This document shows, piece after piece, positions 20,971 to 31,182 of a DNA stretch of 64,000 nucleotides. The translations under genes were made by a program, and so were the position numbers. Source of the stretch: a virus (lineage: Duplodnaviria > Caudoviricetes); the IMG/VR virus record IMGVR_UViG_3300033075_001751, positions 32,001 to 96,000 of that record. One strand, given 5' to 3'. The first letter of the stretch is position 1, and every line of letters begins with the position of its first letter. Below the pieces are notes generated by a model, which saw nothing but the letters and a program-made list of their open reading frames with translations, did no database searches and was not told the DNA's origin.

Positions 20971-23900
20971 TTTTCGCCTCCCTTCTTGTAAAACTCGTTT
21001 GCGATTTTCAAACGATCTTCAACTGAACCGCCTTCCTTGAACTTTTTCGACAGTTGACGGTATTCATTTTCCCTACGGATCAACATCTGTTCTGTCTCAT
21101 CGATTGACATTCCGGGACGCATATTCGTCTGGGTTTTACTATCCTTTGAAACCAACGGTCTACGAAGATAATCATATTTGGAGACAATCTTTTTTGCTTT
21201 TCGTACACTAGCTGCTTTAGGATCATTTTTCGATTCGGGTGAATCCAAAAGATAATCGTATTTCTTCAGTGTTCTGCGAGCTTCAGCTAGACTCATTTCA
21301 CTACCGGGAGAAGTGCTACTGTGAACTGCCGGCGCATCTTCTTGATAAGGAAGTTCCTGACCACCTCCTATGTTTCCCATAAAAGGTATTGCTCCATCAT
21401 CCTCATAGGGAATTGTATAGTCAAGATTCACATGAGGACGAGCCCGATAAGGAGATTCGTCAATTTCCATAGACGGAACAGGTGCGTTTGGTCTTTGAGT
21501 ACTTGGTATATTTACCTGTGGTGTACTTGTACCCCGACCATAGGGTGTATAGAATTCATAGTGTTCGCTCTTCAGTCTACCTGTTTTTTTTCCAAAAATG
21601 TTGTTTCTGTAGTTTGCTGTATAGTTTGCAATGTGAGACTGATTCCAATCAATCGGAGCAATTACACCGGGATGATAAAGACCTTCAACCGGTCCTTCGT
21701 AATGGAGATCGATCGGTTTCTGAAGATTGGGAACAAATCCTCGCATACGGTTGCGCTTGATGTATGCCGGTACTTCAGCTCCGTTTTGTGCAGTTTGGAT
21801 CCGGGGATCAAAATCTTCAACTCTTACTTTGTCCCGTTGGGTTTGGTACGCTGATCCAAGAAGATTGTCGATTGCACTTTGAAAACCCGTAGTTGCTTGA
21901 CCCCAATGATCCTGGCTTTGTTGCGAGAGGTACATGTCAATAATCTCTTGCGGAACTTGTCCCCCGGTTTGAAAACTGTTCCGGTTGCTCATAAAGTAAG
22001 GTACTTCGTTGTTGCTACGCAGCGAAGAAGACACAACGTTTTGAGCAAATGAGTTTGTGTATTTGGGTTGGGTTTTAGTGACTTTTTGTTTCACTTGATC
22101 CAACAATCTGCGATCGCCGGCTAACTTGCTGTCAAGTACAACCAGTGTATCAGAATCAGGAAGAGCTTCATTGATCCGGGTATAGTCTTCGTCTGCTAAA
22201 TTTACACATCCCCAGGATGTACATTTCTTTTTGACATCGGATCCTTTGAGAGCCGCAAGACGACGGAGGTATTCGGAATCAAGAGGATTGTCAGTATTGT
22301 TGGAATACAACCTGTGCAAAGCTACATTTTCAATTTCAGCTTTGGACATACCCTCCATTTCAATTGGAGTCAAACCTCTCATTTGACCTTTGTAGTGTTT
22401 TTGCAAATACTCTGCGTAAGGTGTACCGTCGTCCATCAAAACATTCATATCCGGATTATTGATGTCCGGAGTGTTCATGATGTATCCGCCACGAGGTGTT
22501 ACTCTTGCATTTGGATTTCGATCTTTTTCCGCTTCGGACTTGCTTCCGTCGTTGCTGTCTTGGTTATAGCCGGTCAATACAGGAAACGATCCGGACTTTC
22601 CGTTTTCATTGTAGTAATACCCCGTGTTGGTTCTTTTGTCAATAACAACACCTGACCGCGGAATCTTCGCCAATTCTTTTTTTGAAGTATCTGCAACCGG
22701 TTTAGACGTATTGTTTTTTACCGGTGTTTGTTTCGAAGAATCTGCTTTTTGTGCAGAAGGTTTGTCACCAGCCATTGCTGTGGTGTAACGTTTACCGTTG
22801 AACTCGAATGTTGCATCCGGTCCCAACTCACGACGAGCTCTACTGAAAGCTTCTCCGAACGAAAGAGGTTTGCTACTTGCTCCTTCCGGTTCACCTCCTT
22901 GCTGAAGATACTCAAGTACATCCTCACCTTTTTCAGTAGGATATGAATCCATCGAAACTTTTGCTTTTTTCGCTGCAATGCGAGCAAGGGTATTCAGGAA
23001 TGCATTCTTATTCATCTCTCCTCCTTTACGGGCTGTATTTTGTGAAAAGGATTTTTCATTGCTCGCCATGTAATTCAACATGTTGAGTAGTGCACCTTTG
23101 CTTTTGCTTATTTCAATTAGATCGTTGATGTTGGTATTTTTACCGTCGTATTGTTTGAAAAAGTTGTCCAAAAATTTCTCGTCTACAACCTGATCGGGTT
23201 TAATACCGGCTTGTTTGCGAAGTACCATGATCCGGGAATGAACTTCGTCAGGATCCGCAATTTGATTGTAGTGATCCTTGTATTCTTGATTGGACATTTC
23301 ACTCTGAGATTTCACCTCATTGTTTACAATGTCGTTGTGTATAGTGCGCATGTATTCACCTGAACCATCACTATTCAGATAATGATTTTGCTCATGCGTT
23401 TTTACATAGTTTTCAGAACGAGGTGTAAGAAGAACTCTTTTGTTTTTTTCTTCATAACGACCTGTTATGTTCGGATCATCGGTTATTTTAACAACGTTTA
23501 CATAAGGAGCAAAGCTTTTTGCTTTTTCAAGATAAGCGGGTTTATCAAGCTCATAAGCTTCCTGAATGTAGTCATCCGGAATCTGTCTGTTTTCATACCA
23601 GTTTTTTAGAAAGGCTTGATGTTCATCCAACGATCCTCCATCTTGAAAAATCAAAGGTGTTCCTTTTGCAGGACTCACCATTCGCTTGGCTTTTTGTTCT
23701 GCTACTATTTTTCTTCCTTTTGCTTCCCATTCGGTTCCTCTGGCTTCCGGATGAGCTGCAAGAAATGTATCAAGCTTTTCTTGGGCTGTAGCTTCTTTGT
23801 GCTGTTGTACAGGTGTACCGTCATCCAGTAAAGCTTTGGGTTTACCTCCTCCTGGAAGTGTTCCGTTTGCAGCCATGTCTTGTGACATCAAAGCAAAAAG

Positions 23901-24098
23901 ACCTTTGACCGGAACTTCCGCAACCATAGGATTTGTAAACTGATGTTCCTCACCGGGAAACATGAGTTTTGTTTCAATACCGTCAGACCCCATAACAGGA
24001 TAGTCTACCTCAGACATACTGATTCGGTCTGAAGGTATCAGATTGAAAGGACGATTCCTATGAGGAGAGTCCCTGCGGTATCCTGTGCGAGAGATCAT
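20964..24098 (-). CDS. Modular virion protein (1044 aa): zincin-like metallopeptidase module plus L,D-transpeptidase (YkuD-like) module
   Basis: KTHEQNH...DPDEVHSRIM (HExxH...E). SFGEAFSRARRELG...FEFNGKRYTT small domain. VVIDKRTN...FPVLTG...TPRG...VALHR...TSWGCVNL (YkuD H...C signature). Confidence 0.75.
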   Translation of the reverse strand: MISRTGYRRDSPHRNRPFNLIPSDRISMSEVDYPVMGSDGIETKLMFPGEEHQFTNPMVAEVPVKGLFALMSQDMAANGTLPGGGKPKALLDDGTPVQQHKEATAQEKLDTFLAAHPEARGTEWEAKGRKIVAEQKAKRMVSPAKGTPLIFQDGGSLDEHQAFLKNWYENRQIPDDYIQEAYELDKPAYLEKAKSFAPYVNVVKITDDPNITGRYEEKNKRVLLTPRSENYVKTHEQNHYLNSDGSGEYMRTIHNDIVNNEVKSQSEMSNQEYKDHYNQIADPDEVHSRIMVLRKQAGIKPDQVVDEKFLDNFFKQYDGKNTNINDLIEISKSKGALLNMLNYMASNEKSFSQNTARKGGEMNKNAFLNTLARIAAKKAKVSMDSYPTEKGEDVLEYLQQGGEPEGASSKPLSFGEAFSRARRELGPDATFEFNGKRYTTAMAGDKPSAQKADSSKQTPVKNNTSKPVADTSKKELAKIPRSGVVIDKRTNTGYYYNENGKSGSFPVLTGYNQDSNDGSKSEAEKDRNPNARVTPRGGYIMNTPDINNPDMNVLMDDGTPYAEYLQKHYKGQMRGLTPIEMEGMSKAEIENVALHRLYSNNTDNPLDSEYLRRLAALKGSDVKKKCTSWGCVNLADEDYTRINEALPDSDTLVVLDSKLAGDRRLLDQVKQKVTKTQPKYTNSFAQNVVSSSLRSNNEVPYFMSNRNSFQTGGQVPQEIIDMYLSQQSQDHWGQATTGFQSAIDNLLGSAYQTQRDKVRVEDFDPRIQTAQNGAEVPAYIKRNRMRGFVPNLQKPIDLHYEGPVEGLYHPGVIAPIDWNQSHIANYTANYRNNIFGKKTGRLKSEHYEFYTPYGRGTSTPQVNIPSTQRPNAPVPSMEIDESPYRARPHVNLDYTIPYEDDGAIPFMGNIGGGQELPYQEDAPAVHSSTSPGSEMSLAEARRTLKKYDYLLDSPESKNDPKAASVRKAKKIVSKYDYLRRPLVSKDSKTQTNMRPGMSIDETEQMLIRRENEYRQLSKKFKEGGSVEDRLKIANEFYKKGGEKC

Positions 24099-27000
24099 CG
24101 TTTTGACTCAAGTGATTTCACCGTTGTCAATTTAAGCAACATCTTGATCTTCCCCGAATTTCTTTTTCGCAGGAAGAGACGGAGTATGTTGCTGCGTAGC
24201 TTTTTACGTTGGAATTGAGGCTTCTGGTAATTGACTGCAGCCGGATTGATCGAGAACGAGTATCCATTCAAATCAGTAATGAAGATCGGAATCTGAGCTC
24301 CCGAAAACTCTCCTCTGTCATTGACTACATCCCAAAATTGATTGAACCGGGTCTTGTTTTCTTCAATGTCAAAAAGAATCCTGATGCCGTTCAGGAGAAT
24401 GATAGGATACTGCAGTCTTGCTGCCACATTGTTTTTCGGTGTTGGTAACATTTGAAGCATCCCGGAACACTGTTCATTGTTGAACAGGATAGCTTCGTCA
24501 AACGCTACGTCTGGTACCGAAAACCAATCGTTGTTGGAATTATACAATCTTGTTTCCAATAGATATTCCACGCTGCGCACAGATTCTACAGCTGGTACGG
24601 AAGAAACATAACCAGCTACTTCCCATGGATACTGCGCTCCATAGTAATTGCAATAAAGATCTGTTCTTACGCCGTGTCTCCAAATAGTAGATCTTGCAAC
24701 CGATAGGAAATTATTCTTGGAGGCAACCAATAGTGTCGGATGCCAATCGTGATGGGATACCCAGTTTTTAGTCTTGGTATTGTAACTCAAAGTCCAGGAG
24801 GCATTGTCAAAATACCGTCCGTCTCCAAGAGCTACGTTGAATTGATTGTTAATCCTGAATTGATCGTCTTGCAACCAAACTACAGTCTCGGTAAGGTTCG
24901 GTTTGAGTTTCCAGTCTTTTTTGCAGATATAAAGTATCTCATCTTGATTGTCGTAGACACACTGGATACCGATACCGGAAACAGGATTACCCTGAAGTGA
25001 AAACGTCGGAAAGTCTTCAGTCAACCGATACGGAAGGTTTCGTTGCAACCACCATTTGATACCTCTGCGCGAAATCTCATCTGTTCCGCCGGCAATCTGA
25101 AAAATCTTTCCTTGGTTTTGACTGACCCAAAACAATCCAGCGGCAGTGTTGATTACCGAAAGCATATCCTGACATGATCCGTATTCATAGGAAATGTCTG
25201 CATTCATTACCGACTGCATCGGTTGAGAAAAAAGACCTCCGTCTCCTATAGTGACTTTTGTACCCAAATCCGTATTCAAAGTATCGACTCCTTGAAATTC
25301 TACCGGAGAATCCGATCGGAAAAGGATAAGAGCACCGCTTTTGTTTACTGGCTTGACCGCAACAGGAAAATTCATGAAGTCGCGGTAGTTGTTTGCAAGC
25401 CACACTTTCCAGTAGTCTTTGCGCGACTCCAGCTGATTCGGAAGCGAGTAGATGATTCTTTTCGGGTAATAGGTATAACAAGTCTGAGCTATGAGAGGAT
25501 CGTAGTCTCTTTCCTGTATGTTTCCCCATGAAAAGAAATTGTTGAACAACCTGGATACACTCAGGGATCGGTCGTACCGGTAGAAGTTCACATCCTTGAT
25601 GATCGGTACATCAAAAAGTGACCTGAGATCAGTGAATCCATACGGGTCATAATGCTTTTCTTGGGGAAGATCGCCCCAGTCACGTTGAGCAGTATTGATT
25701 TCAGACTCTACAAAGAAATCCCTTACCGCAGATTGAAACAGATAAAAGTATCTGTCCTTGACCCGAAAAGAAACTCCGTTGGTTATCGCGCTGAAAAGTC
25801 CTGTACCGTTAAACACGTCGCCATCAAGTCTTGCTTTTTTAGATGGTAGACCTGTCCACGCCGAACCTTGAAGAACCGCAAAGATTCCCTGCGTAAATTC
25901 AGCAGCTTCAAATTCTTGAAAGTCAGCCCAAAACCGAGGATACGTAATCATGTACCTCAACCGGTAATCGTATTCATATCCGTTCGGTTGCTGATAAAGC
26001 CAGTCCGAGAAATAGAAGAAGGTGTTTTTTTCAGTGTATCGAGTAATATAAGTGTCGCCGCCAAAGTAGACTTTGGTACGTGCAAGAGGTTGATTGTTGG
26101 TAAAAGCGGTTGTGAGTTCTTGTTGGGAAACATTAGTGATACAGCCCGCTGGCATTTGAAGGATGGAATCAAGCTGTCCGTATTGATTGGGTAAAGCAAC
26201 CTTGATTCCCGCATAGTAAGAACACGTAGTTGTCTTGAACGGAATTTCCGGTTTTTGAAAAGAAGGTCTCTGAGACCCGAATGGAAGTCCTTCGTTTGGA
26301 ATGAAACCCCCTCCATAGTTGGTGCTCACCCTTATTTGAGGGATGGTTCCACTTGCCGTACCGATAGTTTGAAGGGTAGTATCTTCAACGGAAGGATCCG
26401 AAAACGTACTGTTGATTTCTATCGCAACTGCATTTCCTCTGAAAAGATTATTGACCTTGCGCGTTGCTCCAAGATTTTCAATCGAATTGTCAATGTAGAT
26501 TGCATCGTTGATGCGACGACGGGTATTTCCTGCTAAAGCTCCTCCTTGTGCAAACCTGTTATTGAAACCATGAGAAATATATCTCATTGCATATTGGTTA
26601 AACGGCACCACAGCTTTGATAAGCTGAAGAGTAGAGTCCGCTCCCATGGACCAATAACTTGAGAAAATAGTAAACCCGCTCAAAACATTGGCTATGCTGC
26701 CAAGCTGACCATAGTCCGTAGCTTCTACAGATTGTTGATCTTCATTTGATTTTACACCTGGTATTGCAGACGCTCCTATGTCTACCCCTTTGCTGACAAT
26801 CTGTTCGTAAGCATCTGTACCGGCTAACAAAGATGCCAAGAGATTGGGAATGGGAATTGTCGTGTTACCAAGTTCAGCTGCAAGTTTTGCTCCTTTGTAT
26901 AAAGGAGCTGCACCGGCAAAGATCGCCCAGTCAGGATCTAAACCTGCTATAAGAGGAGCAATGTAACCTTCAGATTCAAAGCTGACATCTTTTCTATGAG

Positions 27001-29041
27001 ATGTCTTTTTTCCTTTGATTGCAATTGATGCACTACCGAAACCTATGAGAGCTGCGACAAAAAAAGCAATGTCCGACAACAACTTGTGTTTGGGATGCCC
27101 GGGGGACTTTTCAAAATTACCCAATACTTCTCCTGACATTTCCCCGAAAAGCTTTAGCTCCCGAGCTGCAAGTGTCGGTTTCCAGAATTGTGTTTCAGGT
27201 GAATGAAAAGTAAAATGAGACTGGGAGTATCGAAACAATTCTACGTTACCAGGCATCCCCACGGATTGATAACCTCCGTCGGTTTCTTGCCGGGTAAGGG
27301 ATGGATCCTTGTAGAGAGGATTGTACGGATAGTTTTGATACAGTCCGTCTTCACTGAAGGTGGGTTGCGCAGGATCAAGGTTGATGTCGTATTGACGCAT
27401 GTTATTGATCAACCCTTTTGCTATGACACTGCGTTGTCCTTCCCTTGAACCACGCAAGATTTCATATCCTACGATACCAGGGATTGGTACTCCGTCATTA
27501 TCCACTGGTACGCGGATACCTTCAAAGAAAACCCCGAGGATGAGGATGTTGCGGGACAGCGGACCCACATGGTTGGATGTAACATTGTCTGGCATCTTGT
27601 GGTGCCGGATCTTCTTTCCGCACAGGTCGTTGTCGAAGTTGATGACGGGATTGGACCACGGGTGTGCTGATCCGTTCCAGATGTCGGGTCTGTCCGAAGG
27701 ATATCTTTCGGTTGATTCCCAGTAGCCCATGACACCCATGTTATCAATCACACCTCCATCTGGAAGCACCCCTCCTATGTTGGGTATTGCACCTCCTGTA
27801 TTGTAAACCTGCCAGCGGGGTGTACCGAATCCTTCCAACACGTCATTGCCGGCTACGGGTTGAACATCGAATGCAGTCGGAGGTCTACCAGGAATGTGGT
27901 AAGAACTCGTTTTTTCGCCTGTGTCATAAATCCAGCGAATGAAAAACGAGTATACTTCGTCGCGCATGTATCCGACGTTGTGACCACCGTTTTCATAATA
28001 GGTTGCAGGGTAACGCACTTCCGCCCACTTTGCACGAATGTTGTTTGCAAGAGGCTGGTAGTTGAAATCAAACCTGGTACGCGGTCCAATCCGCAACAAA
28101 TAACCTCCCGTTTCTTGCATGATATCGCTGCGCTCGAATACCGGTGTTCTCAATGGTATGAGATTCAAGGGTATCTCTGCAAGCTGCTCGGCGATGTTTC
28201 CTATATCCACCCGAGTTTGATGCGTATCATACAAACCTATTTTGCGAGCTGATGTCTGATTGTCATTTACCCTTACGAGAACGAGTTCGAATTCTTCAAA
28301 ATGGTCAGTGTCAAGATTGGAAAATTCTACCAAAAGTGATCCTCCGGTATTGTTGTGAACGAACAAACTCTGCACATTGGATGGTGAAAAGTAATCTGTC
28401 ACCCTTTGACCGTTGACAGTGTATGCCACCAGTGCCATGTAAGAACCATTCTTTACAGAACCTCCTCCGTCTCCCTTGCGCAAATTCAAGCAAGGTGTAG
28501 AAATCAAAGGAGCAAGACGGATTTTTTCACAATCCAATTGAAGAGGAAGTACGTTGACACACTCGACGCATTGAGTGTTCGGATCATTTGGATTGACTAC
28601 TGTGTCAACGCATATCCAAGGAATCCGGCTAGTGTTCATTGTACGATCGGGATTCAGTCCGTCTGTCCAGTACACTTGCCAGGTGCAATCAAAATTTACT
28701 TTTACCTGACCTGTTATGAGATGATAGGTGCTGAAATTAAGACACCTGTCGTTTACCAATTTAGTATAGGTGCAAAGAGTTTCGTCGAAAATTCCAATCT
28801 CGGAATCAGTATTGTCAGTTGAAAACACAACCCACTTACCTGACTCTGCGTGCAAAAATCCTATTGAAATATACGGAAGTTGGACACAAAACTTATTTGC
28901 CGGCTCATTTCCTACCACACCAATATCACCGTCAGTGGAGTTGTCAACCCCATTGCGCATGTGCCACCAGCTACCTTCGGCAGGATAAAGATCGGACTGA
29001 TCCTTTATGAGTCCTTTGTTGTATGTATTTGGTTTTTCCAT
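24095..29041 (-). CDS. Tail muzzle / tail stabilisation protein (crAss-like), 1648 aa
   Basis: N-terminal KGLIKD...GNEPANKFC, GYMRDEVYSFFIRW, IRHHKMP, GYEILRG, FGGDTYI and C-terminal WTLSY...WVSHHDWHP; size and synteny fit. Confidence 0.8.
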   Translation of the reverse strand: MEKPNTYNKGLIKDQSDLYPAEGSWWHMRNGVDNSTDGDIGVVGNEPANKFCVQLPYISIGFLHAESGKWVVFSTDNTDSEIGIFDETLCTYTKLVNDRCLNFSTYHLITGQVKVNFDCTWQVYWTDGLNPDRTMNTSRIPWICVDTVVNPNDPNTQCVECVNVLPLQLDCEKIRLAPLISTPCLNLRKGDGGGSVKNGSYMALVAYTVNGQRVTDYFSPSNVQSLFVHNNTGGSLLVEFSNLDTDHFEEFELVLVRVNDNQTSARKIGLYDTHQTRVDIGNIAEQLAEIPLNLIPLRTPVFERSDIMQETGGYLLRIGPRTRFDFNYQPLANNIRAKWAEVRYPATYYENGGHNVGYMRDEVYSFFIRWIYDTGEKTSSYHIPGRPPTAFDVQPVAGNDVLEGFGTPRWQVYNTGGAIPNIGGVLPDGGVIDNMGVMGYWESTERYPSDRPDIWNGSAHPWSNPVINFDNDLCGKKIRHHKMPDNVTSNHVGPLSRNILILGVFFEGIRVPVDNDGVPIPGIVGYEILRGSREGQRSVIAKGLINNMRQYDINLDPAQPTFSEDGLYQNYPYNPLYKDPSLTRQETDGGYQSVGMPGNVELFRYSQSHFTFHSPETQFWKPTLAARELKLFGEMSGEVLGNFEKSPGHPKHKLLSDIAFFVAALIGFGSASIAIKGKKTSHRKDVSFESEGYIAPLIAGLDPDWAIFAGAAPLYKGAKLAAELGNTTIPIPNLLASLLAGTDAYEQIVSKGVDIGASAIPGVKSNEDQQSVEATDYGQLGSIANVLSGFTIFSSYWSMGADSTLQLIKAVVPFNQYAMRYISHGFNNRFAQGGALAGNTRRRINDAIYIDNSIENLGATRKVNNLFRGNAVAIEINSTFSDPSVEDTTLQTIGTASGTIPQIRVSTNYGGGFIPNEGLPFGSQRPSFQKPEIPFKTTTCSYYAGIKVALPNQYGQLDSILQMPAGCITNVSQQELTTAFTNNQPLARTKVYFGGDTYITRYTEKNTFFYFSDWLYQQPNGYEYDYRLRYMITYPRFWADFQEFEAAEFTQGIFAVLQGSAWTGLPSKKARLDGDVFNGTGLFSAITNGVSFRVKDRYFYLFQSAVRDFFVESEINTAQRDWGDLPQEKHYDPYGFTDLRSLFDVPIIKDVNFYRYDRSLSVSRLFNNFFSWGNIQERDYDPLIAQTCYTYYPKRIIYSLPNQLESRKDYWKVWLANNYRDFMNFPVAVKPVNKSGALILFRSDSPVEFQGVDTLNTDLGTKVTIGDGGLFSQPMQSVMNADISYEYGSCQDMLSVINTAAGLFWVSQNQGKIFQIAGGTDEISRRGIKWWLQRNLPYRLTEDFPTFSLQGNPVSGIGIQCVYDNQDEILYICKKDWKLKPNLTETVVWLQDDQFRINNQFNVALGDGRYFDNASWTLSYNTKTKNWVSHHDWHPTLLVASKNNFLSVARSTIWRHGVRTDLYCNYYGAQYPWEVAGYVSSVPAVESVRSVEYLLETRLYNSNNDWFSVPDVAFDEAILFNNEQCSGMLQMLPTPKNNVAARLQYPIILLNGIRILFDIEENKTRFNQFWDVVNDRGEFSGAQIPIFITDLNGYSFSINPAAVNYQKPQFQRKKLRSNILRLFLRKRNSGKIKMLLKLTTVKSLESKR

Positions 29042-29973
29042 TAGAGCGCATTGTCAATGGGCATTGTATCCAACCAGGTAGTACGAGACTTGAACATATC
29101 GTAGAATCGTGCATACTGGGCTCTACGATTCATAGCCCACAATTTTGCCATCTCCGAAAAGTTCGGCATCGTTACAAGACTGCGTGCTGCACGACGCGCC
29201 GGTACAAGACGGGCTTCGATAAGTTGTACAATTGCTTGATCAACCTGCTCTCCATTCAGAATTGCATTTTCAACAATTCTTTGTTTGAGAGCATATTCGG
29301 TATACTCATTCAAAATCTCATGATCCGGTACCAGAAGATTTCCTTCGGCATCTACCATCGATCCTTGGTAGTTGATGTAAAGTGTACCGGATTCAAAGGA
29401 TGTATCAACAAACCCGTCTTTGATTGACGCTGTATAGGGAGTGTTCCATCGCATTTTGACGTTGGGACAATCACAATCTATGTCTTTGGAATTGATGAAA
29501 CGCACCCGGGCAAAGTCTTTGTACTCTCTGCTCTGCCAGTTGAGATGCTGGATCAACTTGTATTCGGTCCCACACTTTGTAAGACATGTGCCGGTTACAA
29601 CCGGTGTCGGTTCGCACACAGGTTCTACCATACCGCAGTCCAGCAATTCTGGAATTTGCCGGTAAGGAGGAAGTACTGTTTCGATAATGTTGCCTTGTGC
29701 CGGCATGGTAATGACAGTATACTTTCCGCACAGAAAAGCATAGTTCAAAACAAAAAAGTCTTCGGGAAGACGAGCCCGGTAATTCCGTACTTCGATTGCT
29801 TGTTCTTTTGACTGAAGGATCCGCAGACCCATTTTGTAATTTGTCAGTCTTGCGACTTTGATAAGTTGTGCTGCGTCTATCTTTCCTTCCGCTGCAAAGT
29901 TGGGCATGTCGATCCTGATGTCGTCAAGGACAGACTCGAACGTTCGATAGCGGAGGGTGTAGTTCGCATTCAT
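29041..29973 (-). CDS. Tail ring / tubular protein
   Basis: Directly upstream of the muzzle gene; ARLPEDF...GTLYINYQG..VDAEGNLLVPD pattern. Confidence 0.7.
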   Translation of the reverse strand: MNANYTLRYRTFESVLDDIRIDMPNFAAEGKIDAAQLIKVARLTNYKMGLRILQSKEQAIEVRNYRARLPEDFFVLNYAFLCGKYTVITMPAQGNIIETVLPPYRQIPELLDCGMVEPVCEPTPVVTGTCLTKCGTEYKLIQHLNWQSREYKDFARVRFINSKDIDCDCPNVKMRWNTPYTASIKDGFVDTSFESGTLYINYQGSMVDAEGNLLVPDHEILNEYTEYALKQRIVENAILNGEQVDQAIVQLIEARLVPARRAARSLVTMPNFSEMAKLWAMNRRAQYARFYDMFKSRTTWLDTMPIDNAL

Positions 29974-29974
29974 C

Positions 29975-30613
29975 TTATTGTCTCAATACATTCATTTTAT
30001 CTGTGATTGCCTGGTCTACAGGAATCTGAGCAGCGATCATGAAATCGGCTTTTACCAAACGTTCCACTTCACCCATGATAAAGTCAGGAAAGGGTACATC
30101 TGAATCTTGCATTCTGGTACAGTCGTCACGGTTAGGATCCTCTTCGAAAATACCGTATACGGTAATCTGTTCCCATTCTACGTTAGGTGACCAGATTCTA
30201 CCGTTTTCGTACCAGTAGTATTTTGTCTTGTTGTATTTGAAAGAAGAGCTGCGAGTCATTGAAGCGTAACTCGTAGGGTTGGTGCGAGTCATTTCAATGC
30301 TGTTGTCTATGGATGACACAGCTTTGATGAGTGGACCAGCTGGACCTTCCATCGGTTTTGGAATTGTACGGACACTTCTTTTCAGTTTGACCAATCCCAT
30401 GCATTCGGATTTGTCCACTTCTTCCATCTCAAGACATTCGGTAGGTTTGAAGTAAAGCTCCATCTTCCAGGTAGGACCGAGTTTGTCTTTACGTTTCATA
30501 ACGGTTTTGGCGTAAAGCATCAACAGGCTCCAAATGGTCCTGTCTGTAACAAACGAATCCTCCATAAGCTTGAGGACTGTTCGCATTTGAGATATTGCTT
30601 CGCCAACTTTCAT
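29975..30613 (-). CDS. Tail ring protein
   Basis: 212 aa; ECLEMEEVD...KRS...IPK...YYWYENGRIW...VYGIFEEDP pattern; synteny. Confidence 0.65.
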   Translation of the reverse strand: MKVGEAISQMRTVLKLMEDSFVTDRTIWSLLMLYAKTVMKRKDKLGPTWKMELYFKPTECLEMEEVDKSECMGLVKLKRSVRTIPKPMEGPAGPLIKAVSSIDNSIEMTRTNPTSYASMTRSSSFKYNKTKYYWYENGRIWSPNVEWEQITVYGIFEEDPNRDDCTRMQDSDVPFPDFIMGEVERLVKADFMIAAQIPVDQAITDKMNVLRQ

Positions 30614-31182
30614 ACTTGCAGAGGATCGTATTTTTCTTTGTCGATGTAAGATGCTCGCTTTTCTCGGCTATATGCAAGAAATTCATCACTTATTTTTCCT
30701 GTCCGGGAAAGATAAACGTATTTTTCCCAATCTGTGCGATATCTTTTTGACAGTGTTCGAGTAAATTTACGACACCCTTTAAACGCCCACAACTGACGTT
30801 CTTCCCGCAGATATTTCAAATCATAGGTGGTGTACAGTATCTTACATTGGAATCCGCCGGTTCCGAGATTGGCAAGCTGTACCTCTTTTTCCTTATCGGC
30901 GTTAAAATTTACAGCTGCTCTCCAAGGTTTCCGGGAAGGTTCGACCGAAGCAATCATCAGAGTTCCCAACCAATGAGGCAGACTTACTCCGTTCCGATTG
31001 TCGATGATCTCTCTCATTACCTTTTCGTTGAACTTTTCTATGACTTCTTTCCAATCTGCAAACGAAAGCGGATTGCTTGCAGAAAGGCAATACCTTTCAT
31101 AAAAAGTGCGGGACGTGGTATTGACACGCTCTCGACGATGGCGCGGACCTTTATTCGGTAACAGTTTACGCGCTTCGCTCAT
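30610..31182 (-). CDS. HU/IHF-like DNA-binding protein
   Basis: Basic protein with a helix followed by GVSLPHWLGTLMI; crAss-like phages have an IHF-like gene at this position. Confidence 0.6.
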   Translation of the reverse strand: MSEARKLLPNKGPRHRRERVNTTSRTFYERYCLSASNPLSFADWKEVIEKFNEKVMREIIDNRNGVSLPHWLGTLMIASVEPSRKPWRAAVNFNADKEKEVQLANLGTGGFQCKILYTTYDLKYLREERQLWAFKGCRKFTRTLSKRYRTDWEKYVYLSRTGKISDEFLAYSREKRASYIDKEKYDPLQV

